Assembly (NCBI GenBank): GCA_036376535.1
Contig: DASVAC010000169.1
Coordinates: 14,572-78,571 of the forward strand
Length of the DNA: 64,000 nt
Direction of reading: 5' to 3'
Source of the DNA: Gemmatimonadaceae bacterium
Lineage (GTDB): Bacteria > Gemmatimonadota > Gemmatimonadetes > Gemmatimonadales > Gemmatimonadaceae
Shown here: positions 63,215 to 64,000 of the stretch, piece by piece
How positions within the stretch are numbered: position 1 is the first letter of the stretch
How the letters are laid out: each line of letters begins with the position of its first letter
Translations under genes and position numbers: made by a program
The notes under the pieces: model-generated
Database searches by the model: none
What the model was told of the DNA's origin: nothing
What the model saw: the letters and a program-made list of their open reading frames with translations, nothing else

Positions 63215-64000
63215 TCACTTGGTCCAGATGACGATCACGCCGCACTGCCCCACGCGGTACCGTGGCGGCGCGTTCGACTCATCGTAGACCTCGATGCCCG
63301 TCACGTCCTCGGGTCGGACTAGCTCGTTGAGCCCGCCCTGATGCAGCTGCGCGTCGTTGATCCAGACCGCCGGGCTGCATTCGTCGCTGATGTCACCGCC
63401 ATGTGCCGAGAGGAGCTCGAAGTCGGAACCGGAAACCGGCACAACGCGAACGCCCGGTATCATGTAGAAGAAGTCCGACAGCATGAGCGGGTTGGCCTTG
63501 GCGATATCGTCGGCGGTGTAGAAGTGGCCGAGGCCGCTCTTTCGGCGCTCGTCGAACTCGTGGTATCGCATGAGGCCCGTCTTGCTCTCGACCTTCACGG
63601 CGGCGAGAACCCGCACGGTCTTGCTCATCGTGAATCGAACAGTGTCGATACGACCAGGCGCCAGATCGACCACCCGCCTCACGGGCTCGAAGCCGAGATA
63701 CTGTGATTCGATGGTTGCCGTGCCCGAGGGGAGCGAATCGAGATAGAAGCGCCCATCGGAGGTCGTCGTGGCTGTGGCGGATCCCCACAAGGTGACGTGC
63801 GCACCGGTGAGCAGCCGTCCCGCGGAGTCGGCGACCGTGCCGGTGAGGCGCGCCGTTCCGTGCCGCAGGGATTCGCCTAACGGAGACGCGCCTTTCTCGC
63901 GGTTCACCGCGAGCACCGTGTCTGCGCCGACGTCGAAGTCGCGCACGAGCACGCCGCGACGCGGCAACCGGACCTCGATGAAACCTGTGGCGCGCGAGCC
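63215..64000 (-). CDS. Paralog of the preceding CarboxypepD_reg/plug-like protein, 5' end beyond window
   Basis: Colinear similarity to 61785..63212 (…GIEVYDESNAPPRYRVGQCGVIVIWTK). The frame stays open to position 64000. Confidence 0.6.
   Translation of the reverse strand, partial: GSRATGFIEVRLPRRGVLVRDFDVGADTVLAVNREKGASPLGESLRHGTARLTGTVADSAGRLLTGAHVTLWGSATATTTSDGRFYLDSLPSGTATIESQYLGFEPVRRVVDLAPGRIDTVRFTMSKTVRVLAAVKVESKTGLMRYHEFDERRKSGLGHFYTADDIAKANPLMLSDFFYMIPGVRVVPVSGSDFELLSAHGGDISDECSPAVWINDAQLHQGGLNELVRPEDVTGIEVYDESNAPPRYRVGQCGVIVIWTK

Larger units (their letters stand above)
183..63891. repeat. Dispersed over-represented word CGTTAGGC / GCCTAACG (81 exact 7-mer cores counted by eye)
   Basis: GCCTAAC on the + strand starts at 183, 814, 1106, 4798, 7551, 8112, 10907, 11992, 12336, 15406, 18478, 19001, 26166, 33061, 35163, 39172, 39676, 40826, 42970, 43209, 44945, 46309, 49224, 50240, 50489, 51848, 52562, 52661, 53425, 53776, 55440, 56230, 56935, 61761, 62451, 63885. 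GTTAGGC on the + strand starts at 1662, 6703, 12842, 17053, 17542, 18611, 19178, 19253, 24035, 24614, 25616, 26000, 27243, 27264, 30435, 30444, 30603, 30902, 32011, 32353, 34344, 35889, 36403, 36684, 38406, 39017, 40408, 42643, 43755, 44177, 44984, 45990, 46202, 48550, 50827, 51541, 55898, 56748, 59709, 59825, 60101, 60506, 60689, 61326, 61773. Confidence 0.85.

Noticed and set aside
183-63891. TTAGGC core equals the nematode telomere repeat; possible CRISPR-like or tandem repeat
   Set aside because: Copies are solitary and irregularly spaced, in both orientations and mostly inside genes. There is no tandem array and no repeat-spacer periodicity, so this is neither telomeric nor CRISPR.

Overview
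High-GC (roughly two-thirds G+C by eye) bacterial chromosomal window. No rRNA, tRNA, CRISPR array, transposase or integrase was recognised. Protein signatures such as plug-only CarboxypepD_reg proteins suggest a Gemmatimonadota-like organism, but this is a low-confidence inference.

Layout:
- 0-15.7 kb: housekeeping genes, mostly on the minus strand (ABC permease, two type IV pilins, polA, csp, Ser/Thr kinase, histidine kinase, pyrE, AraC regulator, RNase P RNA, dnaN, dnaA).
- ~14-15.8 kb: origin-of-replication signature. DnaA-box-like clusters flank dnaA, followed by the conserved rpmH-rnpA-yidD-yidC-mnmE block on the plus strand.
- 19.7-23.7 kb: small accessory and regulatory genes.
- 24.3-58.3 kb: a large C1 (methylotrophy) island. 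It holds two PQQ dehydrogenases that both carry the lanthanide-type D-x-D signature, plus xoxJ, xoxG and a porin. A ~24 kb, mostly minus-strand block follows, encoding H4MPT and methanofuran cofactor biosynthesis (mptG, pabABC, DHPS-like, mfnB-like, mptN and others) and H4MPT-linked formaldehyde oxidation (fae, mtd, mch, fhcBADC).
- 58.5-64 kb: an M16 peptidase pair, a NUDIX hydrolase and two tandem CarboxypepD_reg/plug paralogs.

Most unusual signal: a dispersed, non-palindromic word, CGTTAGGC/GCCTAACG. I counted 81 exact 7-mer cores by eye, about tenfold more than base composition predicts.
- It sits inside conserved genes in every frame that does not create a stop, and forces rare TTA, CTA and AGG codons.
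- It supplies the real stop codon of at least five genes.
- It forms inverted pairs at convergent gene ends.
- Its strand polarity appears to flip at the dnaA region.

Smaller-scale findings: four CGGAC repeats phased at exactly 10 bp and bracketed by TTCTAGAA palindromes, a GGGGACGG direct-repeat array in a divergent promoter, strong intercistronic stem-loops after xoxF and fae, a copper-monooxygenase-like exported protein, and a signal-peptide-bearing JAB/MPN-like protein.

All protein family calls come from reading the translations, not from database searches.
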